DNA from: Eledone cirrhosa
Taxonomy: Eukaryota
Assembly (NCBI GenBank): GCA_964016885.1
Contig: OZ024750.1
Coordinates: 42,346,001 to 42,410,000 of the forward strand
Length of the DNA: 64,000 bases
Reading direction: 5' to 3'
Position 1 is the stretch's first letter. Every line of letters begins with the position of its first letter. Shown in pieces: positions 1-13,455 of this stretch. Both the position numbers and the translations under genes were made by a program. The notes beneath the pieces were generated by a model. The model made no database searches and was not told the origin of the DNA. It worked only from the letters and a program-made list of their open reading frames with translations.

Positions 1-3000
1 ACTAGGTAGTGCTGTTTTACTAGGTAGTGCTGTTTTACTAGGTAGTGATGTTTTACTAGGTAGTGCTGTTTTACTAGGTAGTGCTGTTTTACTAGGTAGT
101 GCTGTTTTACTAGGTAGTGCTGTTTTACTAGGTAGTGCTGTTTTACTAGGTAGTGATGTTTTACTAGGTAGTGCTGTTTTACTAGGTAGTGCTGTTTTAC
201 TAGGTAGTGCTGTTTTACTAGGTAGTGCTGTTTTACTAGGTAGTGCTGTTTTACTAGGTAGTGCTGTTTTACTAGGTAGTGATGTTTTACTAGGTAGTGC
301 TGTTTTACTAGGTAGTGCTGTTTTACTAGGTAGTGCTGTTTTACTAGGTAGTGATGTTTTACTAGGTAGTGATGTTTTACTAGGTAGTGCTGTTTTACTA
401 GGTAGTGGTGTTTTACTAGGTAGTGGTGTTTTACTAGGTAGTGCTGTTTTACTAGGTAGTGATGTTTTACTAGGTAGTGCTGTTTTACTAGGTAGTGCTG
501 TTTTACTAGGTAGTGATGTTTTACTAGGTAGTGCTGTTTTACTAGGTAGTGCTGTTTTACTAGGTAGTGCTGTTTTACTAGGTAGTGCTGTTTTACTAGG
601 TAGTGATGTTTTACTAGGTAGTGCTGTTTTACTAGGTAGTGCTGTTTTACTAGGTAGTGATGTTTTACTAGGTAGTGGTGTTTTACTAGGTAGTGGTGTT
701 TTACTAGGTAGTACTGTTTTACTAGGTAGTACTGTTTTACTAGGTAGTGCTGTTTTACTAGGTAGTGCTGTTTTACTAGGTAGTGATGTTTTACTAGGTA
801 GTGCTGTTTTACTAGGTAGTGCTGTTTTACTAGGTAGTGATGTTTTACTAGGTAGTGCTGTTTTACTAGGTAGTGATGTTTTACTAGGTAGTGCTGTTTT
901 ACTAGGTAGTGCTGTTTTACTAGGTAGTGATGTTTTACTAGGTAGTGATGTTTTACTAGGTAGTGGTGTTTTACTAGGTAGTGGTGTGTTACTAGGTAGT
1001 GCTGTTTTACTAGGTAGTGATGTTTTACTAGGTAGTGCTGTTTTACTAGGTAGTGATGTTTTACTAGGTAGTGATGTTTTACTAGGTAGTGCTGTTTTAC
1101 TAGGTAGTGATGTTTTACTAGGTAGTGCTGTTTTACTAGGTAGTGATGTTTTACTAGGTAGTGATGTTTTACTAGGTAGTGCTGTTTTACTAGGTAGTGC
1201 TGTTTTACTAGGTAGTGATGTTTTACTAGGTAGTGATGTTTTACTAGGTAGTGATGTTTTACTAGGTAGTGGTGTTTTACTAGGTAGTGATGTTTTACTA
1301 GGTAGTGCTGTTTTACTAGGTAGTGATGTTTTACTAGGTAGTGCTGTTTTACTAGGTAGTGCTGTTTTACTAGGTAGTGATGTTTTACTAGGTAGTGCTG
1401 TTTTACTAGGTAGTGATGTTTTACTAGGTAGTGCTGTTTTACTAGGTAGTGCTGTTTTACTAGGTAGTGATGTTTTACTAGGTAGTGCTGTTTTACTAGG
1501 TAGTGCTGTTTTACTAGGTAGTGATGTTTTACTAGGTAGTGCTGTTTTACTAGGTAGTGATGTTTTACTGGGTAGTGCTGTTTTACTAGGTAGTGGTGTG
1601 TTACTAGATAGTGCTGTTTTACTAGGTAGTGGTGTTTTACTAGGTAGTGCTGTTTTACTAGGTAGTGATGTTTTACTAGGTAGTGCTGTTTTACTAGGTA
1701 GTGCTGTTTTACTAGGTAGTGCTGTTTTACTAGGTAGTGCTGTTTTACTAGGTAGTGATGTTTTACTAGGTAGTGCTGTTTTACTAGGTAGTGCTGTTTT
1801 ACTAGGTAGTGGTGTTTTACTAGGTAGTGCTGTTTTACTAGGTAGTGATGTTTTACTAGGTAGTGATGTTTTACTAGGTAGTGCTGTTTTACTAGGTAGT
1901 GCTGTTTTACTAGGTAGTGCTGTTTTACTAGGTAGTGATGTTTTACTAGGTAGTGATGTTTTACTAGGTAGTGCTGTTTTACTAGGTAGTGGTGTTTTAC
2001 TAGGTAGTGATGTTTTACTAGGTAGTGCTGTTTTACTAGGTAGTGATGTTTTACTAGGTAGTGGTGTTTTACTAGGTAGTGCTGTTTTACTAGGTAGTGC
2101 TGTTTTACTAGGTAGTGGTGTTTTACTAGGTAGTGGTGTTTTACTAGGTAGTGCTGTTTTACTAGGTAGTGATGTTTTACTAGGTAGTGCTGTTTTACTA
2201 GGTAGTGCTGTTTTACTAGGTAGTGCTGTTTTACTAGGTAGTGATGTTTTACTAGGTAGTGGTGTTTTACTAGGTAGTACTGTTTTACTAGGTAGTGCTG
2301 TTTTACTAGGTAGTGCTGTTTTACTAGGTAGTGCTGTTTTACTAGGTAGTGATGTTTTACTAGGTAGTGGTGTTTTACTAGGTAGTGGTGTTTTACTAGG
2401 TAGTGGTGTTTTACTAGGTAGTGCTGTTTTACTAGGTAGTGCTGTTTTACTAGGTAGTGCTGTTTTACTAGGTAGTGCTGTTTTACTAGGTAGTGCTGTT
2501 TTACTAGGTAGTGCTGTTTTACTAGGTAGTGATGTTTTACTAGGTAGTGGTGTTTTACTAGGTAGTGGTGTTTTACTAGGTAGTGCTGTTTTACTAGGTA
2601 GTGCTGTTTTACTAGGTAGTGCTGTTTTACTAGGTAGTGCTGTTTTACTAGGTAGTGCTGTTTTACTAGGTAGTGATGTTTTACTAGGTAGTGGTGTTTT
2701 ACTAGGTAGTGCTGTTTTACTAGGTAGTGCTGTTTTACTAGGTAGTGCTGTTTTACTAGGTAGTGGTGTTTTACTAGGTAGTGGTGTTTTACTAGGTAGT
2801 GTTGTTTTACTAGGTAGTGGTGTTTTACTAGGTAGTGGTGTGTTACTAGGTAGTGATGTTTTACTAGGTAGTGCTGTTTTACTAGGTAGTGCTGTTTTAC
2901 TAGGTAGTGGTGTTTTACTAGGTAGTGGTGTGTTACTAGGTAGTGCTGTTTTATTAGGTAGTGGTGTTTTACTAGGTAGTGGTGTTTTACTAGGTAGTGC

Positions 3001-3329
3001 TGTTTTACTAGGTAGTGATGTTTTACTAGGTAGTGGTGTTTTACTAGGTAGTGGTGTTTTACTAGGTAGTGGTGTGTTACTAGGTAGTGGTGTTTTACTA
3101 GGTAGTGGTGTTTTACTAGGTAGTGATGTTTTACTAGGTAGTGGTGTTTTACTAGGTAGTGATGTTTTACTAGGTAGTGGTGTTTTACTAGGTAGTGATG
3201 TTTTACTAGGTAGTGCTGTTTTACTAGGTAGTGATGTTTTACTAGGTAGTGATGTTTTACTAGGTAGTGCTGTTTTACTAGGTAGTGGTGTTTTACTAGG
3301 TAGTGGTGTGTTACTAGGTAGTGCTGTTT
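1..3329. repeat. 18-bp minisatellite ACTAGGTAGTG(C/A/G)TGTTTT, ~185 copies, runs off the left edge of the window
   Basis: Direct 18-nt periodicity; variation almost confined to one position. The 792-aa LLGS(A/D/G)V ORF is its translation. Confidence 0.98.
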
Positions 3330-3542
3330 CACTGAAGCACAGAAAGCCCAGATTGTGGAGTTAAACTGGACAATAGAGTGGACTTCTCTAAAAGTACCCT
3401 GAGTCTAGGTAGTGGTGTTAAAAGGGATCTCAGAACAGAAACAGACAAATAAATACTGCAAGGTATTTTCCTACGCTCTAATGATTGCCAATTCACCATA
3501 TTTAAAAGTGTTTATATGTTGTAGTATGTATATATATTTTTT

Positions 3543-3819
3543 ATCATCACCGCCACTACCACTATCCACTATCATCACCTCCGTCATCATCACCACCATC
3601 ATCATCACCACCATCGTCACTATCATCACCACCATCATCAAGACCACTATCACCATCATCACCATCACCACGGCCATCATCATCATCACCACCACCACCA
3701 CTATCACCACCATCATCATCATGACCACTACCATCACTATCACCATCACCACTACTACAACCACCACTATCACCATCATCATCATCATCATCGCCACCAC
3801 CATTATCACCACCATCATC
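3543..3819. repeat. Degenerate (CAT/CAC)n trinucleotide tract
   Basis: Runs of catcatcaccaccatc. Confidence 0.9.
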
Positions 3820-3829
3820 TTCCCAATTA

Positions 3830-3909
3830 AATCTGAACACTTTCATATAAACAGCTTGTATTGTAGAACTAGGGGACATTTTCAAGTGGTTTGGTACCAG
3901 GAGGGTTAA
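3830..3909 (-). mobile_element. MITE family B, left-end fragment (TTAA-CCC terminus)
   Basis: Reverse complement reads ttaaccctcctggtaccaaaccacttgaaaatgtcccctagttctacaatac, matching the B left ends at 12367 and 52131. Confidence 0.7.
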
Positions 3910-4105
3910 CCCTTTATCATTTACATTCCTCTATATATACTATTGGATTTACCTCATATACTATGAAATCTATGAGATTTTTATGTTATTTATTTTGAGA
4001 ACAATACCTTAACATCAGTATGAGTGGCCAGTTACAGCCGGTTTGAACAGAAAGATGTTAGGGAATTCTGACTGGATTCGGCCAGTTTAAATGTTAAAGG
4101 GTGAA
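3906..4105 (+). mobile_element. MITE family A (~200 bp, piggyBac-like TTAA/CCCTTT ends)
   Basis: Starts ttaaccctttatcattt, ends aaatgttaaagggtgaa (inverted termini); body is shared with copies at 23459, 24658, 48100 and 53918. Confidence 0.8.
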
Positions 4106-4190
4106 AGACTTAATATTTTATATACTGATTCCTACAAACAACTAATCCTGTGATGGTGAATATCTCACATGGATTCTCCTCTCTCTTGTA

Positions 4191-5225
4191 TGTATTACTA
4201 TAGTGCTGTACTGGTGTGGTGTGGTGTGGTACAGTATGGTGTGGTGTGGTATGTTGTCTGTATTACTATAGTGCTGTACTGGTGTGGTGTGGTGTGGTGT
4301 GGTACAGTATGGTGTGGTGTGGTATGTTGTCTGTATTACTATAGTGCTGTACTGGTGTGGTGTGGTGTGGTACAGTATGGTGTGGTGTGGTATGTTGTCT
4401 GTATTACTATAGTGCTGTACTGGTGTGGTGTGGTGTGGTGTGGTACAGTATGGTGTGGTGTGGTATGTTGTCTGTATTACTATAGTGTGGTGTGGTGTGG
4501 TGTGGTACAGTATGGTGTGGTGTGGTATGTTGTCTGTATTACTATAGTGCTGTACTGGTGTGGTGTGGTGTGGTGTGTTGTCTGTATTACTATAGTGCTG
4601 TACTGGTGTGGTGTGGTATGTTGTCTGTATTACTATAGTGTGGTGTGGTACAGTATGGTGTGGTGTGGTATGTTGTCTGTATTACTATAGTGCTGTACTG
4701 GTGTGGTGTGGTACAGTATGGTGTGGTGTGGTATGTTGTCTGTATTACTATAGTGCTGTACTGGTGTGGTGTGGTGTGGTACAGTATGGTGTGGTGTGGT
4801 ATGTTGTCTGTATTACTATAGTGCTGTACTGGTGTGGTGTGGTGTGGTGTGGTACAGTATGGTGTGGTGTGGTATGTTGTCTGTATTACTATAGTGCTGT
4901 ACTGGTGTGGTGTGGTGTGGTGTGGTGTGGTGTGGTACAGTATGGTGTGGTGTGGTATGTTGTCTGTATTACTATAGTGCTGTACTGGTGTGGTGTGGTG
5001 TGGTACAGTATGGTGTGGTGTGGTATGTTGTCTGTATTACTATAGTGCTGTACTGGTGTGGTGTGGTGTGGTACAGTATGGTGTGGTGTGGTATGTTGTC
5101 TGTATTACTATAGTGCTGTACTGGTGTGGTGTGGTGTAGTGTGGTACAGTACAATGTGGTGTGGTGTAGTGTGGTATGGTATGGTGTGGTATGATGCTGT
5201 ACTAGCAATGGTGTGGTATGGTATG
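4191..5225. repeat. ~68-bp minisatellite with variable internal (TGTGG)n
   Basis: Unit tgtattactatagtgctgtactg(gtgtg)n-gtacagtatggtgtggtgtggtatgttgtc; degenerates after ~5135. Confidence 0.95.
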
Positions 5226-5379
5226 GTCCTGCAACTCCTGATAGAGTCATGGGGATGTCATAGTGCCATAGTGTTTCTTGGGCATTTAAAGCCTGGCAGA
5301 GCCTATCTCCTCTCCTGCTCTGAACACAGCAGATTTCTTCCAGACAAGAATAGAAAGTGTGTGTGTGTGTGAGAGAGAG

Positions 5380-5670
5380 GAGAATTGACCCCAGTACTGT
5401 TTTTTTTATCACCTCAAAAGGATTGACGAGGCAAAGTTAACCTCCGAGTATTAATAATTGTTTCTACTACTTTAGGCACAAGGCCAGCAATTACCCCAGT
5501 GTATTACTGGTATTTTATTTTATCGACCCCGTAAGGATGAAAGGCAAAGTTAACCTCCGAGTATTAATAATTGTTTCTACTACTTTAGGCACAAGACCAG
5601 CAATTACCCCAGTGTATTACTGGTACTTTATTTTATCGACCCCATAGGATGAAAGGCAAAGTTAACTACG
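5380..5670 (-). mobile_element. SINE family II 3' portion, tandemly duplicated (113-bp period)
   Basis: ggcacaaggccagcaatt...ttatcgaccccgtaaggatgaaaggcaaagttaac occurs twice and matches the fuller copies at 21801 and 56907. Confidence 0.85.
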
Positions 5671-5779
5671 GGGGGGGGGGGATTAATAATGTGATGTGAT
5701 GAAGTCACTTGAGACAGTTGGAGTATTTCTAGTTAGTAGATTGAAAGATGATAGCAGTAATGGTATGGGGGGGGGGTTA

Positions 5780-6158
5780 AATGTTGTTGTTGTTGTTGGT
5801 GGTGGTGGCAGTGGTAGTCGTGGTGGTGGCGGTGTGTTATATTATTTACCAAACTTCAGAAACCACACATACCACTACTAGTAATAAGATGTGATTACGG
5901 TACTTTGGATGGTTGGAGCAGTTCTAGTTAGTTATTGCAATGATTGTATGGTATGGTGGTGGTGGTGGTGGTGGTGGTAAACATACTGGTAATGATGTAT
6001 GATGATGATGATGATAACATGGGGGTGGGGGGTTGTGGAAATGTTATTATTGGTGGATGGTGAGAATGGTGGTGGTGGTGGCGGTGCGGTGGTGGTGATC
6101 ATGAAGATATTGGTGGATGGTGAGAGTGGTTTGGTCATGATGTTGGGAATGGTTGACC

Positions 6159-6189
<31 letters not shown>

Positions 6190-7250
6190 GGTGGTGGTGG
6201 TGGTGGTAGTGGTGGGGATGATGGTGATGGTGGTATGACCATGATATTGGGAATGGTTGACCTAATGGTGGTGGTGGTGGTGGGGGTGAGGACAGTAATG
6301 GTGGTGGGGGTGAGGGCAGTAATGGTGGTGGTGGTTTATTCATGAAGATGTTGGGAATGGTTGACCTGATGGTGGTGGTGGTGGTGAGGCCAGTAATGGT
6401 GGTGGTGGTGGTGAGGACAGTAATGGTGGTGGTGAGGGCAGTAATGATGGTGGTGGTGGTGGTGGTGAGGACAGTAATGGTGGTGGTGAGGGCAGTAATG
6501 GTGGTGGTGGTGGTGAGGACAGTAATGGTGGTGGTGAGGGCAGTAATGATGGTGGTGGTGGTGGTGGTGGTGAGGACAGTAATGGTGGTGGTGAGGGCAG
6601 TAATGATGGTGGTGGTGGTGGTGGTGAGGACAGTAATGGTGGTGGTGAGGGCAGTAATGATGGTGGTGGTGGTGGTGGTGAGGACAGTAATGATGGTGGT
6701 GGTGGTGGTGGTGGTGGTGAGGACAGTAATGGTGGTGGCAGTAGATTATAAGGTGGATATCAGAGAAAGAGTGGTTTATTGATTGGTTTTAGTCCGGCTG
6801 GTTAGTTGGCTCTGTTTACTGCGCAGCACCATTACTTGAACAGAGCTGCTGCTGCTGGTGGTGGTGGTGGTGGGGGGGTGATGGTAGTTATGGTGGTGGT
6901 GGTGGTGGTGGTGGTGGTGATGGTAGTTATGGTGGTGGTGGTGATGATGATGGCAGTGGTGGTGGTGGTGGTGATGGCACTGGCGGTGGTGGTGGTGGGG
7001 GATGGCAGTGGTGGTGGTGGTGGTGGTAGTTATGGTGGTGTTGGTGATGATGATGGCAGTGGTGGTGGTGGTGGTAGTTATGGTGGTTGTGGTGGTGTTG
7101 GTGATGATGATGGCAGTGGTGGTGGTGATGATGGTGCTGGTGTTAGTGGTAGTGGTGGGGATGGTAATGGCAATGATAGTGTTGGTGATGGTAGCTGTGG
7201 TAGTAATGGTGGTGGTGATGGCAGCAGCAGCAATGGTGAGGAGGATGGGG
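5780..7250. repeat. (GGT/GAT)n low-complexity tract including a gtgagg(a/g)cagtaat(ggt)n minisatellite
   Basis: Direct inspection; source of the poly-V/M/G/H ORFs. Confidence 0.9.
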
Positions 7251-7439
7251 GGAAACTGGCAATATATAGTAAAGTGCGTAAAAAGGGGTTTGGTAAAACA
7301 GGTGGGGTTGATAATTGAAAGGGGGGGGGGTGAGAAATAACAATAATAATAATAAAAAGAAAGATCAAAATACTTTGGACTGAGGTCAGCAAAGGGCATT
7401 GGTGAAATATTACACAATATAGTAGGGGGGGGGGATAAG

Positions 7440-7808
7440 TGATGTGAAGGGAAAGAGAGAGAGAGAGAGGGGATAAGAGATGTGAAGGGAGAGAGAGAAT
7501 AAGAGATGTGAAGGGAGAGAGAGATTTGACCAAAGATACTGAACTGTGTGAATAGAGAGAGAGAGAGAGTGACAGAAGGAAGTTTTTAGGAGGTGATTAG
7601 AGAGAGAGAGAGAGTATAAGGGAAATATGAGAGGGAGTAAGAGAAACATACACATACACAGACACACATACATACATGCATACACACAGGCACACATACA
7701 CATACAGGCACATACAAACACACACACATATACAGACACACGTACATCATACATACTCAGAGAAAGTATATATATATATATAAAGTATATATATATATAG
7801 AGAGAAAG

Positions 7809-7852
<44 letters not shown>

Positions 7853-7884
7853 AAGTGTATATATATATATATATATAGAAAGTG

Positions 7885-7932
<48 letters not shown>

Positions 7933-7961
7933 AAATATATATATATAGAGAGAGAGAGAAA

Positions 7962-8014
<53 letters not shown>

Positions 8015-8950
8015 CATATACACACATGCATGATAGAGAGAGAGAGAGAGAAGAAAGCAGTAACAGCAGCCTAAGAAGAAGAAGAAGAAGAGACTACAGT
8101 GCTGTGTCTACAGGAGGCCATGTATTGATTTCTCTATTTTGTCAGGTCTCTGCCCAACAGTCTTTACTATATCAGGTTGTCATGGTAATGTAAACCTTAC
8201 ATGAGACTCTCTCTCTTTCTCACTGACTCTCTCTCTTTCTCACTGACTCTCTCTTTCTCCCCTCTCTCACTGGCTCTCTCTCTCTGACTCTCTCTCACTG
8301 GCTCTCTCTCTCTGACTCTCTCTCTCTGGCTCTCTCTCTCTGATTATCTCTCTCTCTCTCTCCCCTCTCTCACTGGCTCTCTCTGTCTCACTGACTCTCT
8401 CCTCTCTCTCACTGACTCTTTCCCTGTCTCACTGACTCTCTCTCTCTCCTCTCTCACCGGCTCTCTGACCCTCTCTCACCGGCTCTCTGACCCTCTCCCT
8501 CTCCCTCTCTCACCGGCTCTCTCCCTCTTTCACTGACTCTCTCTCTCTCTCTCTCTCTCTGACTCTCCCTCTCTCACTGACTCTCTCCCTCTCTCACTGA
8601 CTCTCTCTCTTGCTGACCCTCCCACTCTCTCCATTCTCCCATCTACTGCTGGAAATTAAATCTGATGCTAAACCCTAGGACCCTTATTTTCTAACCCCTT
8701 CCTTCTACCCCTTCCCTGCTCCTCATCATCCACCACCACCACCACCACCACCACCACCACCACCACCATCACCACCACCACCACCATCACCATCACCACC
8801 ACCACCACCATCACCACCACCACCACCATCATCATCATCTCTCACAATTCTTTACACAAAATCCATTTCTATATGACCCCCCCCCCCTCTCTGTCTTCCT
8901 CTCCTTCACTCTCCCATCCCCCTTTTGCTCTTCTCTATACATTTATACAC

Positions 8951-8983
<33 letters not shown>

Positions 8984-9078
8984 TACATACACACACATAA
9001 ATACATACATCCACACATCCATCCATGGATCTTCCACCTCTTACCCATATTAGTTATCAACATCCATGCTCTGATATT

Positions 9079-9158
<80 letters not shown>

Positions 9159-9606
9159 CACACGCAAACACACATATATATATTGACACAGCTTTGGATT
9201 TACAAACACACACCCAATACACGCAGCCCTATGCTAACACACATACACAATATATATATATATATACACACACACACATATGTATATTGACACATACATA
9301 TTAATATATATACATAGACATATATATTAACACATATACATATTATTACATATACATACATATACATATATATATATACACATTAAACTTATGCATATTA
9401 ATACATACACATTAATACAGACATATATACACACACATTAATATACACATATACATATATACACACATTAATATACACATACATATATACACACATTAAT
9501 ATACACATACATATATACACACACATTAATATACACATATATACACACACATTAATATATACACACATTAATATACACATACACATATATACACACGTTA
9601 ATATAT

Positions 9607-9639
<33 letters not shown>

Positions 9640-9724
9640 TATATATTCCTAGAGCCGTGTGTGTGTGATTGGAACATTTTACCATTCTACACCCACTTTC
9701 TCAGTTGACACAAACTCACACATT

Positions 9725-9770
<46 letters not shown>

Positions 9771-9822
9771 CTACATGACATATACACCCATGTTAACACA
9801 CACACTGATGGCTCTGTGCATA

Positions 9823-9858
<36 letters not shown>

Positions 9859-9970
9859 CATATCAATTGTCACACTTGCACCACAAATCTTGCTATACAC
9901 ATGTGTGTGTATAAAGAGAAAGTGTGAGTGTGTTTGTGTGTGAAAATGCATATGTATGTATGTATGTATA

Positions 9971-10022
<52 letters not shown>

Positions 10023-10074
10023 ATAATGTATATATTTATATATTCTCCCCACACACACATGCAGCCAAACTTCT

Positions 10075-10120
<46 letters not shown>

Positions 10121-10214
10121 CAGCTGCTCTTTAGAAACATACTTGCATTCCATTTTCAAGCGCATTCTGTTCTCCTTGCGTGTACACATACGCACACATA
10201 CAGCAGACACACAC

Positions 10215-10277
<63 letters not shown>

Positions 10278-10488
10278 TATATTCTGTTAAATACATAGCC
10301 ACACTCATGCCATACACACAGAACCACATTCCCCACCACATTTTACACACAGATGCCTCACACACACGCAACACCTCTCTCTCTCTCTCACACACACACA
10401 CAGGACCTCTCTCTCACACACACAGGACCTCTTGCTCACACACACACACACACACACAAGACCTCTCTCTCTCTCACACACACAAGAC

Positions 10489-10528
<40 letters not shown>

Positions 10529-10582
10529 AGACCTCTCTCTCTCTCACACACACACAGGACCTCTCTCTCACACACACAAGAC

Positions 10583-10618
<36 letters not shown>

Positions 10619-10652
10619 ACCCATCTCTCTCTCACACACACACACAAGACCC

Positions 10653-10704
<52 letters not shown>

Positions 10705-10732
10705 ACCTCTCTCTCTCACACACACACAAGAC

Positions 10733-10809
<77 letters not shown>

Positions 10810-11076
10810 ACCTCTCTCTCTCACACACACACACACAAGGCCTCTCCTTTATTGACACACACACACACACAGAAAATACTTACATATGTGTACACACCCA
10901 TTTCTCTTTTCCTTTTCTCATAATTTTCTTCCTTCCTTCCTCTATTTCTCCATTCCTTTTGTTTTCATAGTGGGTGGGCAGAAGGAAGTCGGGGAGGAGA
11001 GTGTTTGTTGGTGGGGGTGGGTGGGTGGGTGAGTATGCACTCAGCTGCTTTCCTGTTTTCTATAGTGTGTGTATAT

Positions 11077-11136
<60 letters not shown>

Positions 11137-11200
11137 ATATACATGTGTGTGTGTGTATATGTATATTTAGTGTGCTTTATATGATATATATATATATATT
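7440..11200. repeat. Compound microsatellite field: (GA)n, (TA)n, (CA)n, (CT)n, (CAC)n and derived minisatellites
   Basis: Includes ctctctcactga units (8210-8620), cacacattaatata units (9290-9610) and (ca)n-agacc-(tc)n units (10370-10870). Confidence 0.9.
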
Positions 11201-11939
11201 CTTTTATTCTTTTTCTTTCTTTTATTGGTTTCAGTCATTAGACTGAGCTCATGCTGGAGCACTGTGTTCAAGTATTTTAATGCATTATAAAAACCTTGCA
11301 GGACGAAAAGGGATGTAACCAAATGCCATGAGGTATTTTTGTTGAATGCTTGATCAATTCTGCCTCCCTCCCTGCACACGTGGGTATGTGTGTGTATTTA
11401 ATGCCTGTAGCTATTTCCATTATCAAAGAATTTCTACACAGATGTGTGTTGTTGAAGTAAATATTTCATACTGTGTCTGCAAGTTTACATTACCTCTGAC
11501 TTTCTGTTCATTGAAGATGTGGACTACTTTGTGATATTTCTCGGCTGAACATAAATTGTACTATTTTGAATGATTTTTGTATGGTGTCTGTTAAAAATAG
11601 ATCATGCAATGCTTGTACACTTACCACTATTATCTATTTACAAGATGTTCTTTGAGTGCAATGTAATGTGAAGGTGTTTGGAAGATCCCTCATGCTGTTA
11701 CAGTCCTGTTAATTTGATGTAGGACACAGTACTTTTGAAAATGAACTTACTATTTGGGGTTGTCCTCTCTTTGATTTTAATTATTTTGAAGAATTCTTTG
11801 GTTATGTCATAAAATTATTTTCCTTATAGTGTTGTAGGAAAACAGATATTTGTATTGTATTTTGGTGTTCTACATGAAAACAATGTTGAACTATAATTTT
11901 TAAAGGTCTAATATATGTGATGTTTGTATGTGTTTGTAC

Positions 11940-12237
11940 CAGAAGTTCTCAAACTTTTGGAACCACCACCACCCTCACAACCACATAATACCATCAGCAC
12001 CCCCATCCCTATATCCAGAGAGACCTACCTACACACAAATTGTAAATAATGTATAAATAAAATTGTCAATTTATATATAATAAATAATATAATATATACT
12101 ATGTATAAATAAATATATATATATATATATATATTATTTTACTATATTTATATATAATATGTATCATTTAATATTTAATATACTGTTATATTATCACTAC
12201 CATTCCTTAGACCCAGCACCCACTTTGAGAACGTCTG
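11940..12237. mobile_element. hAT (Charlie-like) non-autonomous MITE
   Basis: TIRs cagaagttctcaaa / tttgagaacgtctg (13/14 match); flanks gtttgtac / gtttatat are a degenerate 8-bp TSD. Confidence 0.7.
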
Positions 12238-12366
12238 GTTTATATGATGAAGACAATCTATGTGTAGTTATTCAGCTCTTTTAATGACCAATATTGTATG
12301 ATGGAACTTTGTGACCCAACCATCATTGACAACATATAGCATGATTTAACAGTTGTCTTTATATAT

Positions 12367-13455
12367 CCCTTTTGATACCAAACCTCTTGAAACTACCCCT
12401 GGTTCTAGGATACAAAACTGTTCTATCCATCTTTTGATACCAAACCACTTGAAACTACCTCTGGTTCTAGGATACAAAACTGTTCTAACCATCTTTTGAT
12501 ACCAAACCACTTGAAACTACCCCTGGTTCTAGGATACAAAACTGTTCTAATCATCTTTTGATACCAAACCACTTGAAACTACCCCTGGTTCTAGGATATA
12601 AAACTGTTCTAACCATCTTTTGATACCAAACCACTTGAAACTACCCCTGGTTCTGAGATACAAAACTGTTCTATCCATCTTTTGATACCAAACCACTTGA
12701 AACTACCTCTGGTTCTAGGATACAAAACTGTTCTATCCATCTTTTGATACCAAACCACTTGAAACTACCTCTGGTTCTAGGATACAAAACTGTTCTAACC
12801 ATCTTTTGATACCAAACCACTTGAAACTACCCCTGGTTCTAGGATACAAAACTGTTCTAATCATCTTTTGATACCAAACCACTTGAAACTACTCCTGGTT
12901 CTAGGATATAAAACTGTTCTAACCATCTTTTGATACCAAACCACTTGAAACTACCCCTGGTTCTGAGATACAAAACTGTTCTAACCATCTTTTGATACCA
13001 AACCTCTTGAAACTACCCCTGGTTCTGAGATATAAAACTGTTCTAATCATCTTTTGATACCAAACCACTTGAAACTACCCCTGGTTCTAGGATACAAAAC
13101 TGTTCTAACCATCTTTTGATACCAAACCACTTGAAACTACTCCTGGTTCTGAGATACAAAACTGTTCTAATCATCTTTTGATACCAAACCACTTGAAACT
13201 ACCCCTGGTTCTGAGATATAAAACTGTTCTAATCATCTTTTGATACCAAACCACTTGAAACTACCCCTGGTTCTAGGATACAAAACTGTTCTAACCATAT
13301 TTTGATACCAAACCTCTTGAAACTACCCCTGGTTCTGAGATATAAAACTGTTCTAATCATCTTTTGATACCAAACCACTTGAAACTACCCCTGGTTCTGA
13401 GATACAAAACTGTTCTAACCATCTTTTGATACCAAACCACTTGAAACCACCCTTG
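12367..13455 (+). repeat. 62-bp minisatellite (~17.5 copies) amplified from the MITE B left terminus
   Basis: Unit cttttgataccaaaccacttgaaactacccctggttctaggatacaaaactgttctaaccat; 62-nt period counted from 12374 to 13428. Confidence 0.95.

Noticed and set aside
1-3329. Telomeric repeat
   Set aside because: CTAGG only resembles TTAGG(G); the period is 18 bp and no (TTAGGG)n tract was seen.
986-3364. 792-aa LLGS(A/D/G)V repeat ORF
   Set aside because: Translation of an 18-bp minisatellite whose unit lacks a stop in one frame; the start is a variant GTG inside the array and there is no non-repetitive domain.
7410-11200. Many YI/HT/CV-rich ORFs (also 19311-20250)
   Set aside because: Translations of dinucleotide microsatellites.
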